Origin: Marsupella aquatica
Lineage: Eukaryota; Plantae; Marchantiophyta
DNA: 64,000 nucleotides
Direction of reading: 5' to 3'
Assembly: GCA_973895155.1 (NCBI GenBank)
Contig: OZ316892.1
Location: 22,483,168-22,547,167 of the forward strand
Shown here: piece after piece, positions 25,631 through 39,225 of the stretch
How positions within the stretch are numbered: position 1 is the first letter of the stretch
Layout: every line of letters starts with the position of its first letter
Made by a program: the position numbers and the translations under genes
The notes under the pieces: model-generated
Told to the model about the DNA's origin: nothing
Seen by the model: only the letters and a program-made list of their open reading frames with translations
Database searches by the model: none

Positions 25631-26828
25631 AAAAATACTTTAGTCAGTGTCTTGACATTGCCATATGGTCAATCCACCTCTCAGTGTTTTGTTTATTTCA
25701 ATATGCAAGAACAACTGAAGGTGCATCATTTGTATTATCTACATTTTAGAGTATTTTGACACCCTTCTAAGTATATTTAATCTTCTTGTGCTAGAGTTCT
25801 TCTTCCCCTCTACATATAGTTTTCAATTCAATGCATTCCAACCATTTAGCAGATTTTATGGAATTTCTTGCAATTGTAGTGAATGAGAGAGATTTGATAC
25901 TTTGAGAACTGGACTCCTCCTGCTCTAAGTCCTCCTCAAACTTTTATTTGCCTAGCTTATGTTTTGATTGTCATTACTTAAGGTAATTAGAGGATCTTTT
26001 GTACCTTATGTTGCACAATTTATGACTGGTTTGAGTATCATTAAAACAAGTTTGAACCTGTACCTTATGTGCTCAGCTTTTCGGGAATTGTGCACTTGTA
26101 TTTTTCCCTAGGTCCTCATTTCTTTTCTTTCTACCCATCACGCGTTAATAAATATAGTGTTTTTTAATTGGGTTTAGTGAAATATTTTTACAATTTTTTT
26201 AAGAACATTAGGGTTATTTTAATTCTAACTTTGAGAATTATAAGAATCATATGGTTTCTTTAATCAGATTTAGGAATATTCTTGGAATATTCCATGAAAT
26301 TAGGGTAATGATTATTGCATAGTGTTAGCTAGGGTCGAATAGTAAAAATGCAACACATGCCAAATAAATATACATGTTAGATTATGAGCAGGAAACGTTG
26401 TGGAGACTTCAATCCAAGGGGTGTCCCATATCACGAGCCAAGTTTTGGGGAAATAAATACCCTAAAACTTAAGTCAATAAAGTTTTTTTTAGTAATTTTT
26501 TCACCCCTAACTTACACATTGGAGTCAAGGGGTTTGTGTGCAACTTGGTTAACTTATGAAGTTTGGACTTCCACCCTCACTTGCCACATTGAAAATTGGT
26601 ATGCTTGTTGGAATAATTAATGTCAAGTAAATTTTCTAGTTATGTGGATCTGGACACCAGGTAACATTCAGACCTGTGAAATCAATACATACTCCCTAAA
26701 CATGTCTTCACGTTGTGTGGATAACTGGCAACTTTGAATCATGAGACCCAAGACAACAATATAGCATATTAGTTCTAAGACATAGCTATTTTAACTTATT
26801 GACAATATATGAGTTTCCATGTCACTTC

Positions 26829-27100
26829 TAGAGTTACCCTAGAGGTGTTTCTTGGTTGGGTCCCGGGAAAACTCTTTTTCCAGAATTGCTCTAGTGGTGT
26901 TTTCCGGGTTGGCTCCCAGGATTGCTCTAGATGTGTCTTTCCGGGTTGGGTCCCGGGAAAACCCTTTTTCCAGAATTGCTCTAGAGGTGTTTTCCGGGTT
27001 GGCTCCCAGAATTGCTCTAGAGGTGTCTTTCCGGGTTGGGTCCAGGGAAAACCCGTTTTCTAGAATTGCTTTAGAGGTAATTTCTGGGTTGGTTCCATGG
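26829..27100. repeat. Minisatellite of ~38-52-bp units
   Basis: About 6 copies of agaattgctctagaggtgt.tttccgggttgg.tccc, some extended by gggaaaaccc.tttt. Confidence 0.9.
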
Positions 27101-29136
27101 AGGGAATGTTCCCCTGAGGTGGGCTTCCCGGTGTCTTACACGATGCCTTTCTTTGACTGAACTTTCTGGGACCGTATTTTCAGAAGTATTACATGTCCTC
27201 CGACAATAGGAATGTCAGAAACAGTAGTGTTCAGATTTATTGGAGCACAAAAGAATCTCACAAACAGTGATGTGCAGACTCTTGTGACACAAATCTTTCG
27301 TCACGGGCCTGGTTAGGCTATTTTACAATACAGGACTGTATGTCTGTTTGCAATCACGTAACTTTCTGGTCGCTGGAAGTGGTACGCCGCCACCGCGGGT
27401 CAAACAGACCTGGTCAATACGTGCACACTAAGTTGCGGATCTATTGGGAAAAGTGCTGACTCGATGATTGTGTTGGCATCTGGGTCCACATTTTGCCGGT
27501 CACTGCACATAGTTTTGACCTTTTTCCGGGTCTTAATGGGCACTGAAGGCCAGTGAGCTATCCACTGTAGCTGTGAAAGAAATGATCTCGAGTTCACCAC
27601 AACAGGTTTCGATTGATTTCCGTTTTGAGCTCTTGTGTGACGGGGATGGCTGGGAAAATTCAGAAATGTAGCTGAATTTACTGTACTTTAGTTCCATGTG
27701 GGCCAGATTGACATTAGACACGGTTTCGCTATAGGCTGGCATCTCGTTAGTGCTACGCAAATGACAAATTCAAGCAGGTTACGTCTTAATGGACCGGTCT
27801 CTGAATTGTCGCGAGTGGTGACCATCTATAGGTTTCAAGTAGAGGCGAAGCAAAAACGACCGTCTGGGCCATCCGCATTGCCAGTCGCCATCAATTTCTT
27901 CATCCTTCCTTTTAGTAGCCAGAGTTTCCCGGTGATTATTTTGTTCCGCATCAATCCAAACATCGTGGTGAGGGCGTGTACAATTGGGTTTTAATGTACA
28001 GCTGAACCGAAGAGATCCTCCAAACTCCTAATCACTTAGAAGGTCGTGAGGACTGAGGTCAAATGACATTTTACAGAAGGTGAAAAGGCCACCTCTATCT
28101 CTATCCTGTACTTAATTGGTAAAGCCTTTTTATTCCGGCTTCAAAGTGGACCTTCTCTGCAGTGACATAGAATGGCGGCACAATTTGAAGTCCCTAGCTA
28201 CTCGATTCATATATTACCTCATAGTCTCATACGCTTCGACGAGCTCTTCAAAACAACATAATATGCCAAATTGAATTCAAAGGCAAGACTCAGAGTGAGA
28301 CGTGAATAGTCAGGCGAGACTGACGAAAATGTAGAAATCATGGTAAAGATTCGAGGCCATTATGTGCAAGTAGATGCCAGATTAACTTGCCAAATACCCA
28401 GCACACATTCAATGAATCACAAAATCTAGATTTTGCAAATATAAACCAGCCTGGAAACAGGAACACTTGGGTGTGATGGACGTGGACACCCTTCAATCAT
28501 GGGAGTCTCACGGAGAATTCACTGATGTTAAGATATATCTGTACATGGAAGCTTTCGTAGGAACTTCAAAGAATGTAGGGGGCGTTCCCCTCAGGGAACA
28601 CCAAAGAATTGTGAGTCGTTGTCTAAAGCTATTCGTGAGGATGAGGTCCAATGAATGTCAAGGGCATCCTTCCTCTACAGTGAGAGTAAAATTTGGCGAG
28701 CTCCAATGAAGCGATTGTTGGGCGCGCTTGTGAAGAAGGATCCCCGTGATTTTGTCACGGTCCTCCATTACTTCAGGAATGGCCATTTAATAGAAACGCT
28801 ACTTGACCCGTAACCGGATCCAGCGGTGCCGAATTTTGAATGCGGAAGCTGAATTGCTTTGAAGAATGCTGCGACGTATCCTGAAACCATGCACTTCCGG
28901 TCTTGAAGCTGGCATCTTGACCAAACTGCTCAATTCAAAAGCTCAATTCTTCGTCTCTACAATTCACTAGCGCCAAATTCGTTCTGCGATCTCCCGATGC
29001 CACTCTATGGCAACTCCGGCTGCCCTGACTCCGGCTCGAGCTCTCTGGCCCGTGGTTCGATCGAGAAGTCGAATTGATCCTCCACAAAAAATGTGTGTCA
29101 CACACTGCCTAGTAGCGCCCCAGAGCAATGAGACTC

Positions 29137-29217
29137 TCAGCAGTCGTCGTCGTCGCCATTGGAGGCGGTGAGCCAAGCTGGAGCGTCGTCGGCGTAGAAC
29201 ACACTGTTGGGATCCAT
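29137..29217 (-). CDS. Putative 26-aa acidic micropeptide B: MDPNSVFYADDAPAWLTASNGDDDDC
   Basis: Minus-strand ATG at 29217 (atcATGG) to TGA at 29137; paralogous to 20873-20947; CT-rich leader and TATA-like tattttaa near 29573-29580 upstream. Confidence 0.7.
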   Translation of the reverse strand: MDPNSVFYADDAPAWLTASNGDDDDC

Positions 29218-30593
29218 GATTTCTGAACTGCCCGCGATGAAGCGACCCTCAGCGATTGTTGAACTATTTGCTGAGTGATCCTGTAAGTCTTCTGATTGAG
29301 GATTGAAGAGATATTCAGGGACGGTTGAACTATTCCCGATCCTGTGAGAAAGTTGCTGAAACTAATAAATTATGAAATTAACACCTGAGATTTGTTTTCG
29401 ACACCACTGTTTCGCCTTTTCCTCAGAAAGTGGAACACACCTGAATTTGAGAATTGAGCAAGAAAGTGAGAGTCGAGAGACACAAGGAGAGGTGCGAATG
29501 TGAAGTAGCGAGCACTCGAAGAGTTTGTTGGTGATGTCTGTTGAATGAGATGGGAAGCAGACCAGCCGGTCCTTAAAATACAACGGCCCCAAGGCAGGGA
29601 CGAGGAATACGCGTCGCCAAAACGTTGGTAAGAAGCCGCGCATTTGGGGGGGGAGGGATCTCGTTGACCGATGTAAAGAGGACGACCTTTTCGTCAGTTT
29701 TGAATGGTTATGGCGTCATTTCATCAATCTTTAACACCACCACTACCACCACCGATTAAATAAGGGGGAAATGTCCAAGACGGACTTCCCGTTTAGCCAG
29801 AATTTTTTTCCCTTTTATTTTCCACATTCCACTCCTTTTTTTCCCTCTACTATGCCTATTTTCTCTTTGCTCCACAATTTCAAGAAAAGGACACTACTAA
29901 TGATAAAACTGGTGTATCTAGGTTTTGTTTTGGCTAGTGGTGGTTTAAGACTGGCTTCACAAGAATGGGCCTAATGGCAGACAAGTCCGTTCATCTGGAA
30001 GCCAAAGTGCAAAAAATTGCACATAAAGGAAACATTGGTCTCCACGTGGAATGGCCCTTGTTCTCTGCACGCCTCCATAGCTACCCCATAAGTGCAATTC
30101 TTTATCTATTAAAAAAGGTAAGTATAATTTGATAGGGTTGTGCGTTTAGTTACCAATAAGTGCTCATTTACACTTATCAATGTTTTGTGCTTGAAAAGAT
30201 TTAATTTATTTAGCAAGAGTTTCAGGCTGTTTTGTACTTACAAAAGCTGCCAAAAATGTGCAAATTCCGTGAGCAAAAGGCCCTGGGAAAAGGGAAGAGC
30301 TTGACACCTTGCAATTATCCAGGTTTGGTAGTTATGGCATGCACTTAGAGAGAGAAAACCGTACAAGGCACGGATTTGGACAGTGAAGGTCCTATGAGCC
30401 TAAATGTTTAGCAAAGTGCTCAGATGGACCAGCGCAACCTATAGGACTCATATAACAATTTTCCTTTGTAGATCAATTCATACTTTTCTGGTCAAGAGTG
30501 GCCTGGTCCATCCTGGCTGCAAGGTTCATGGGAGTGGTCTATCCAAGCATTACTTCCTTTAGACTGTGTTATTCATTACCGCTGGAGTACTCT

Positions 30594-30730
30594 CCATGGA
30601 TCACCAGCATGTTTGACCAAATGCTGGGATGCTGGGACCAAATTTGGTGACCATAGTTCCCATGTTCCCATAAATCACTAGCATGTTCCCATGGATCACT
30701 AGCTATGTTTGACCAAATGCTGGGATGGAC
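30594..30730. repeat. Short degenerate tandem duplication
   Basis: ccatggatcac.agc.atgtttgaccaaatgctgggatg occurs twice with a partial copy between. Confidence 0.75.
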
Positions 30731-31717
30731 CAAGGTAACCGAGCCTCTAAAGTAGCAACTTTTTCTTGAATAAGTGATCGTTGTTTTGATCCATCAGAGT
30801 GCCAAGGAAAATTTTATGGTCATCTGAGCATCAACTTCGGAGCACTCATGATTGTATGGGAGTTCGGGTACAGTATGTAAAATTGTAGATGCCCAAGTAT
30901 ATCATAGGTGCCAAAGTATAACTTGTCTGAAGGAGAAACTGTATTAAGATCAGTCAGACCTTCACAACTGACGGTCAATTATTATTGTTGGAAACCAAAG
31001 CTACAGTATGCATGAGATCCATATTAGGTTTATTCCTCAGAATATTAATTTATTTTGGGTCTCATTTTGAGAGGAGAAGGGAGGGAAACCGAGCCTGAAT
31101 TGGCAGTCTATTACATTTAAAACAAAAGCTCACATGTACTAAATTTATTTTGTTTTGAAAGAGAGCAAAGGAATTGAACCAAATTGCATGGTTGAGGGCC
31201 AGGTCGAGGGGAAAGGTCCATCATGGCTTCAAATTCACATCCTTGATGTAGCAAGTCGACAGGAACAAATTCCTGGTCTTTGTAAGCTCAATTAATAACT
31301 AATAGATATTTTTATTAGCTGCCAGACCTTGACTTTTGTAGGGTACTCAGAAATCTTGGGTCCTAGCTACAGTAGAGATGTTGGTGATCACCCACCTCTA
31401 TGCCAAAGAGTGAAAGAAATACCAAAATTTTACTTAAAATTGCCACTGTCCATGACAAAAAAAACTTGGATCCACCAAGTTTCACCATATTTAGTATCTT
31501 TTTCTTGAAACTGTGGAGCAAAGTTTCACTTTAGAGGAGAAGAATTATGTGAAAAAAAGAGATGTCTTGGACACTTCTCCTTTTATAGAGTTTTTTATAC
31601 AATGGTGGTTTAAAATAAAAGACCAAACTATGGGTTCAAAGTTACTCACAAGTCAGGTGAGGTGCCGGTACTGTTACCACAGACCACACTCAAATTTACC
31701 TCAGTGGTATTATAGTA

Positions 31718-31990
31718 ATAGTAGTCCAATGCCCGTGCGTTGCACAGAAGATGTTGAGGTGAGAAATAGATTTCAAGATGAAAAGAAAATGTTGAGGTGA
31801 CTCAAGGAAAAATGTGAAGGAAAAAAAGGATGTCAAGGTAAGGAAAAGATGTTGAGGAAAGAAAAAAAAACTTCAAGGCAAGGCAAAGTATTGATCAGGG
31901 CAAGAAATGATACGGAAAAAGATGTTCAAGCAAGAAAAGATGTTCAGACCAAAAAAGATGTCAATGGAGGGCAAAGACATTGCGGCTACG
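31718..31990 (-). mobile_element. Helitron-like 3' terminus (degenerate)
   Basis: Minus strand reads ctgtgcaacgcacgggcattggactac, resembling the plant Helitron 3' hairpin gtgcaacgcacgggca followed by a CTAG-like end (here CTAC). Confidence 0.6.
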
Positions 31991-32649
31991 TGGTTATTGC
32001 GACCATGTTGCTGCCAAGCCCAATGCCAAAGCATTGCATAGAAACATTGACACTGTAAGGTAAAGAAGTGTCGATTGAAGGCTGGGGATTTTAGGTGAAT
32101 CCTTTGAAACTGAAAACATTGGATTTGCCATAAATCTTTTTTGCTCATTTCATGTGGAAATTGTTGTCAATGTGCAGATCTTGTTCAAAATAGCACATTA
32201 AGTTATGTAATTCAAGTCGACACAAAAAATATGGGCTCAAATGGGTAGTGAGAGTACATGATTGGGCAAGAGAAGGCCAAGAAATCTTAATAGTTGATGA
32301 GACAAAAGTTGGAACAAAAGTGGGGACAAAAGATGCAAATGGGGGCAAAGAGTTGGGCTCCCCACTGGGGCAAAAATTTGGGCAAAAGCGAGACTAATAG
32401 GGATGACGGGCATGCCAAGCAAGCCACGTATTGTGGAGAAAAGATGTTGGGGGCCTGATCTTATTGGCATTTACTGAAGGAGCATTCTTTATCAAGTTTT
32501 CTAAAAAGACTGTTTGAGGTTTAAATGGATTATAAAAATTTGGGACCATTTTTCTACAAAAGCTAAACACAAATAAAAAGAATCAAAAAATGTAAATACT
32601 TTCACTTTCACTTTCACTTTTGCATTTTTATTTTTATTTTGGAACCCAA

Positions 32650-33090
32650 AAAAATGTTGTGAAAGCTATGTTGTTGGGGAGAGCAAGGATGTGGGAGGGT
32701 GAGAAGGAGTGCAAGAGGTGATTTTTCCCTTGGGGCTTTGCGGGGTCAAGGTGTGGTAGCACAATGCTATTGGGAGGGGGAACATTTTAATTTTTCTCTC
32801 CCCCTTTTTCCTATTTCTTCACTCCCTTGTCACTCCATTCCTCCCCCTTACCTTGGCATCATTAAATAAACAGAAAAAAATGCACAATTAAATAGAGAGA
32901 AGAAAAAAGTGAGTGAAAAGCAAAATTAATCCATTTTGTGTCCTTCTAAACTCTAAAGTCTCATAATCATACTCTATGCAAAATCCAAAATTTTGTCATG
33001 CCCCAAAAGATTCTCTTTCCAAGTATGTACTTTAATACTTAAAGAAAAAACAAATTTTAGTTGAAGTCATATAAGAATCAACTCATGTAC
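32650..33090. mobile_element. Second, inverted copy of the 1-415 dispersed repeat
   Basis: Reverse-complement similarity to 1-415. Confidence 0.7.
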
Positions 33091-35444
33091 TTTGTATTTT
33101 ACTATAAAATTAGTTCGTGGACCCCTATCTGTTTTGATTGTATGTGAGGTATGTGTTGGACAATATATGTGAAATAGATAAATGTGTTATAAAATGTGTG
33201 ACAATGAACAAATCTTTATTGAGACTACATGGTGGATTGAATCTGGAGACTAGGCCAGCTGAAAATAGTGACCCAGCTGAATATATGAGCAAACCTCAAC
33301 TAGTTCTGAAGCTGCAGCGTGGTGCTCTGAGCTTGAGGCAATCCCAATTGCTTGGGAGTTCAGCTCTGGAGCCAGCAAAGGTATTTCAATTAGGAATCAT
33401 GAGCACAGTTGAAGATCTAATTGCAGGTTGGAATGGAAATGGAGCTCACCCGAGGACGTAAAATACAGTTCTCGTTTGGATCATCTAGAACACCTTTGAA
33501 CAAGGACCGGACAAACTACAGTTCAACAATTTCCTTGCCAGAATAGTTTTTCGACTCATCCAAAGCCAGCTATATATTTCAACAATGGATTTTAGAAAGT
33601 AATGCAACACATTTCTCCACGGTATTGCTTAGAGTGAGTAAACCTATGTGTCAAGCTTAGAGCCATCTACATTAATTCTTGCTTGTCTCAAGTGATTGTT
33701 GTCTGGTATGTAGCGGTGGTGGCCAGAGTTGGTTCGCAATTACCTTGTACGCATCTAGTGCAAGGCACTGTGGAACCCACGATGCCATCACAATTTAAAC
33801 CATCGAATTGTCTAGGTTATCACTTTATCTCAATATGGTTAGTTCACAAAACTTTGTTCACTGGAAGTCTAGTGTTTAGCATAGTTGTCAAGGTTTGGTC
33901 ACGACAGATTCACGATGGAGACTTTCTAGTAGTCACAGCAGCTTTGACTACTGGGAACTGTACCGTGGTACTCTGCCACCAGGACACCGACGTTACCACA
34001 TAATGGGCATTTGTTGTACGCCTAGAAGGCTTCATTTTTTTCAAGCAGCGGTAGGCAGAGTTGATTGAGAGGCGTTTAATTCCGCGCCGAGTCAGGGGAT
34101 TTCAAGTCCTCATGAATTATTCTTATCTGAGTAGCTAGATTGCGCGATTGATCATACTTCCGGATGAATGGAGCCTATGTAAGGGGAGGATCGCAGCATG
34201 GCCATTGAAATTGTGTCATCTCGGAGCCTTCCTGTACTTGTCTGATCTTGGGCACGGTGAAGACTAGGATGCCCATTTATTAAGTTTTTAGATAGCCATA
34301 CTCTTGCATCTCTCAACAGAGCTCGCTGCCAAAAAACTCATGAGTGTATCATCGATAAATTTCTAGCCGAGATGCAAATTGTTACCCTTGAATTGTTTCT
34401 TTACCAGAAGTCCAGGAGAGACTCAAAGCATAAAGCCGGGTCAGCAATGAGAGAGAGAGCAAGGGGCGGCAGGCAAAGCAAGGAAGATTCTAACCAGAGC
34501 GTTTAATAGTCTCAGCGCACTCCCTGTTCTCCCACTCGGCTGTGAAAGTGGAGTGGTTGAAGTATTTGCTTTAGCAGTGACTTAGTCCCGTGAACTTGGT
34601 GACCATTGGGTCTGTCCTGTCACTTTGAGATTGAAACACATTGTTGGTCACCTCGGACACTCATTTTGTCATTTCATCGATTATTGCTGTTCGAGACTTC
34701 GGTGTCTCATGACTTCATTGGACCCCTTCACATTCAATTCTTCCGTTTATTCAATCATTCTTTCCACCTGTTGCGGATTTCAGGTATAAATCGCGGATCA
34801 CATAGTCTCGTTGGAATCCTTGGAGATCAATTGCTCTCATCCTTTCACCTTCGCAATCACATCCTGGCTAGTTTTGGTGTTTCCCTCCCCTCCTCTCTTT
34901 TGTTCAATCCAAAGTCGTCTCTCTATCATTAGTTGCCTTGCTTCTCATGCATCGTTGTGGAGCAAGAGTACTCAACCTCTTCATGGTCCAGTCAATGCCT
35001 CCATCTTAGGTGAGGAGCAATGACGTCTTCCTGAATTCCCTTACTCTCAAAAATTTTTGATTCGATATTCATTTGCAGATTGAAGCAATTTCCGAAATTC
35101 AATTCCGAGCAGCAATTTCAGAGCTCTCACTGAGGACTACAGTGATTTCCTCAAGAGAGACTATCGTTTGTTAGCCATGACTGAGAATTGCTCTTCTGAC
35201 TGCCTCTCGTGTGCGGATGAACTTGACCTTCCGCTAAAGAAAGAGAAAAAGAGAGAGTCAATCTTGCTTTGCACTCTCTGCACTTGTTCGGAAGGTTAGA
35301 TGAGTATTCCATTACCTCATCGCCACTTCTTCTGTCCTCGAGCACGACACGAGGAAATGAGGAAACATGAGGTTACCTTCTGCCCCCGTGGGATTCTTCT
35401 TAACTGCCATGCTATGTTGCTTCATTTAATTACTTATTTATTCT

Positions 35445-35731
35445 GGAATTGAAACCACAATTCACAAAAAAGGGTGGGCAGTTGGTTATTTGCGGTAGAT
35501 AAAACTGAGTTGCGGGCCTACTCAGGGTAAATAAAACAGTTATTTTTGATTACTTTTTACATGAAGATTTACGGCATGGCGTCCCCAATTTTACCAAAAT
35601 CCTGTCGCAAACACGAATGTCAAAGTCATTTTATTTTGTAAACCAATTCGTACCTGTTTGCAGCGCGTCATGATGACATGGCGCACTGTGGAGCCAGGAA
35701 TTTTGGAAGGGACCTCTAGTGGGGTCCGTAA
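35445..35731. mobile_element. Dispersed repeat / TE terminus; inverted copy at ~48697-49010
   Basis: ggaagggacctctagtggggtc vs gaccccactagaggtcccttcc; cgtacctgtttg vs caaacaggtacg; ccaaaatcctg vs caggattttgg. Confidence 0.8.
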
Positions 35732-38700
35732 ATAAGTAAATCAGTTGACACTCCTAGTCAATCAATCCAACAGTACACAAATATCTTTAAAACAATTTGA
35801 CCTAGGGTTCAGGTTTGTTCCCTCCATTTCCAATTTTGTACGCAACTTTTTGGCTCCATTGCATATTATAGAAGAAGTACTGTGATTTTGGTCTCTAAAT
35901 GAACCTACTAGCTGGACCCGCCCCCCCCTCCCCCAAAAAAAAACACACACACACACACAAAACTCACTCTCAAACGAGTTGATAAGAAAAAATATTATAT
36001 ATATATCAAAAGTCAAAAGTCAACATTCTAGACCCCTATTCGAGACCCCTACCTCGATCACCACCGATCACACTACCATACAAGTTCTGGAATAAAGGAC
36101 AATGGAGTGACTTTTTGCTCACTTGTTTACTTTGTTAACGATGTTTTTGACTAGTAATGGTGAACTGGACCCACCAGGTTTTGGAAGTGTAGTGTAAATT
36201 TAACTAAGAGACTGGACCGAATTTATTAAAGTCGACGCAATATGTACATTCATTTATTTTCTCTGTAAGACTCAAAGGTCTAGCTGCAGCAGCACGAGGA
36301 TTAGAGATAAGAGTTCTCCGCAGCCATGCATCGTGCCATGAAATACCTTGAGTACTTCGAATCACAAGCTTTGTTTGCACTGCCATGTGTTTTTGGAGCA
36401 TGATGGCAGGAACCTGATCACGCTCATCCTTTTCTTCTCTCCCTTGTAAAAACTCAGCGACGAAGGAGATCCGGGTTTCGCTAACAGGTTCATACAGATG
36501 GTGTACATTCTCAACCAGGGCAAGTGAAGGTAGTTTCAAGGTGTAGCTTCACAGGACTCCATGTACGTTGGACGCGTCAGTTGACAGTTCCTTCCTGACT
36601 ACAGTATGAAGTGGGACTCGTTCCAATCTGCTTCAGGTGATTCTGTGTGGGGGAAGCGAACAACGTACAGTTCCAGTTCTAGAGTGAGAAATTTCGGAGA
36701 GATTCTAGAGAATTTCTAGAGATGATCAAGTTCGGAGAAATGAGATGGCAGGGGCTCATTCTATCCGTCCTCAAGACTGGTACGTGAAGGAATCAATCAA
36801 CAATAGAGTCAGTCCTTTTTGTGGCAAAATTTTGTCAAACTCCACCCGTCATATATAATTCTTGGATCGCCACAATTCAAGGCATGTTTTTTATTTAAAT
36901 TCATTAACTAGTTTCTCAGCAAGCCACAGGGCCCATTAGTCACAATCTAATGGCTTCCTCACATCTAAGGAGATCTAACGTCAGAATTAAAAATAAAACG
37001 CAGTAAATATTCTTAGCATCTCCTCCTTGACATAAGGTAAGAAGGGCCACCTAGCATTTTAAAATTACTTTCAAACTACCGTGGACCAAACTGATGTATT
37101 GGGACCGTAGCCAATAAGCTTAGCATCTCATCCCCATCTACAAGGTAAGGTTGACCACTTGGCATTTAAAAATCCTTAAAACTCTATTGGGACTGTAGCC
37201 CAAACAGCCAAAAGCACCGACATAATTACCAAATGACCGAATCCAGGAATGTTGATTTCTATTTGATAATGATTGATATTAATGAAGATCGACAACTAGA
37301 TAAGTCTATTTTTGAGGGCAAGTTGCCGAGTTGTCTAAGAATGCCGTTGACTTTCTTGAAGTGTGCTAACAGCTACAGTAAAGTGGACAATATGGAACCT
37401 TACAAGGGAACAGCATGGCTCCTTCTGGGAAATTGGTTCGCTTGTATTATGCACATATTATAACATAATTTGTGGTTGGGGTTCTCCAAGGGTTCAGAAA
37501 ATTAAAACTACAGTAAGAAACTGTTCGGTAGTCTTCGGTTCTCCTCGAAACTTCTCTTCTCCAAACTCATCCTAATACAACCACCTTTGATTCCAGATCG
37601 AGTTCGACAGGTATTCTGGAGGAGAACTCGAGCCACAGTCGAATCAGACTAAGGAGCGTACCTGATGTTCTTTCTGTATTAGACCTGAAGTCGATTGTTC
37701 CATTGGCTGAATTCAGACAGGCAATCGTAGGGAATGCTACCTAGATCATCGTTTAACTAATTTCCAGTCTCAAAAATTTTCCTCAATTTCAAGCATGATA
37801 ATGCTCGGTTTAGTGGGTGAAATATTTCCGCGCGGTGATTTTCTAAACGATCTGGGGAAAAGAAATTGGGGAGCTAGGCCCACTCTTAAAATGATGCACT
37901 TCGTGTTCAGACCGTTTATTGCAAGACTCACGTCGGACAATTCTGTGTAGCACCACTTAACCACGAAGAAAAACCTTGATGAGCAAACGCTTTGGACATG
38001 AACTGATCGAGGACGATGAAATAGAATTCTGGAATATCTTCCATTGAACAAATCTACAGAACAAACATTTCCGTAGCGGGGTGAGACGTGTGAACTAAAT
38101 CTTCCAGAACAGAGCACCAATTGCAATATTACGGTGCCAAATCACATAGAGGTTCGTTGTTCTTGGCCCCTTGTTTGGGGTTTCGGCTTGTCTCATACAC
38201 TGGTCTTTGGCTTATGCATCCTTGAATTGTTTCTATGATGTGGTGCATTTATTTTCTCAATAAATCAAAGCAACTGCAGTTTCATAGGTATCCACGTATT
38301 ATGCGAGAGACATCTACTGAAGCAAAGAGTTCCCAACCCATGCGGCGATTTTGCACTGGAATCAGATCATAAATGCTTTCACTAAGTGACTTCTTCAAGT
38401 CTTCCCAATGTCTTTGACGCCTCCATATGCAATCCTGCAGTCCAATCCTGTACGAGGTTGACTAATCTCACATTGTATAGATGTTTAATTTAATACTGAA
38501 CGACATGCTTCTTCTTTTTTAGCTCCAGGGTGTAATTCTTAATTTACCTCAATTGCCTCAGATTCTACGCTGAAGTGGAAAAAAGAAGAGAAGAAAGGTA
38601 TGCTTTGAGAGAAAGGTAATATCCCTCACATTCAAAAGTTCGATGTTTTTCTCAGTTCATGTGAGTTTGATCAATAAATTTCTTCCCTCAAAGGATCCCT

Positions 38701-39169
38701 TCCAAATCTTGTGGCTATATACAGGAGCCAAATGAACTCCTCCAATAAATCTTCACGTGGTGGAACGTTTCTCATAACTATCTTGAGAGTACAAATTTTA
38801 TCGAGCCTAGTAACCTATAAATATGTTTTCCCTTCTGTGGGTTTGTTGTGTCCCTGTTATTTCCTTTAGCAATGCACATAATAGTGAGAAATAAGAAAGA
38901 GACACACCTCGTTCTGGATGAGCCATCTCAGAAATAAAAACATTATGTCACCATATCAGACATGAGGCTAAACAGCCAGATAAAAGCCTCGGTAAATGCC
39001 AATTCCAGGTCGTTTATGAAGGATGCAAACACCATATTTTAATGCTTCCTTTTATCTTCGTTGGTCAAGGTAGGAGACCAGTTGTCACCTCAACGCTCTA
39101 CCACTACAAGTTCGAAAGCTCTGATTAGTAGAGAACCTAAAATGAACAGATGACTCACCAATAGCCAGA

Positions 39170-39172
<3 letters not shown>

Positions 39173-39223
<51 letters not shown>
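39173..39223. repeat. (TC)n microsatellite
   Basis: Direct reading. Confidence 0.95.

Positions 39224-39225
<2 letters not shown>

Noticed and set aside
29137-29217. Assignment to the IRON MAN/FEP family
   Set aside because: IMA peptides end in GDDDD...APAA; here APA precedes GDDDD and the peptide ends in Cys, so homology is not supported.
36204-36860. Possible third small gene on the minus strand (TATA ~36852)
   Set aside because: Only an 8-codon ATG ORF and a non-ATG 111-aa ORF, with no similarity to the micropeptides or known families.
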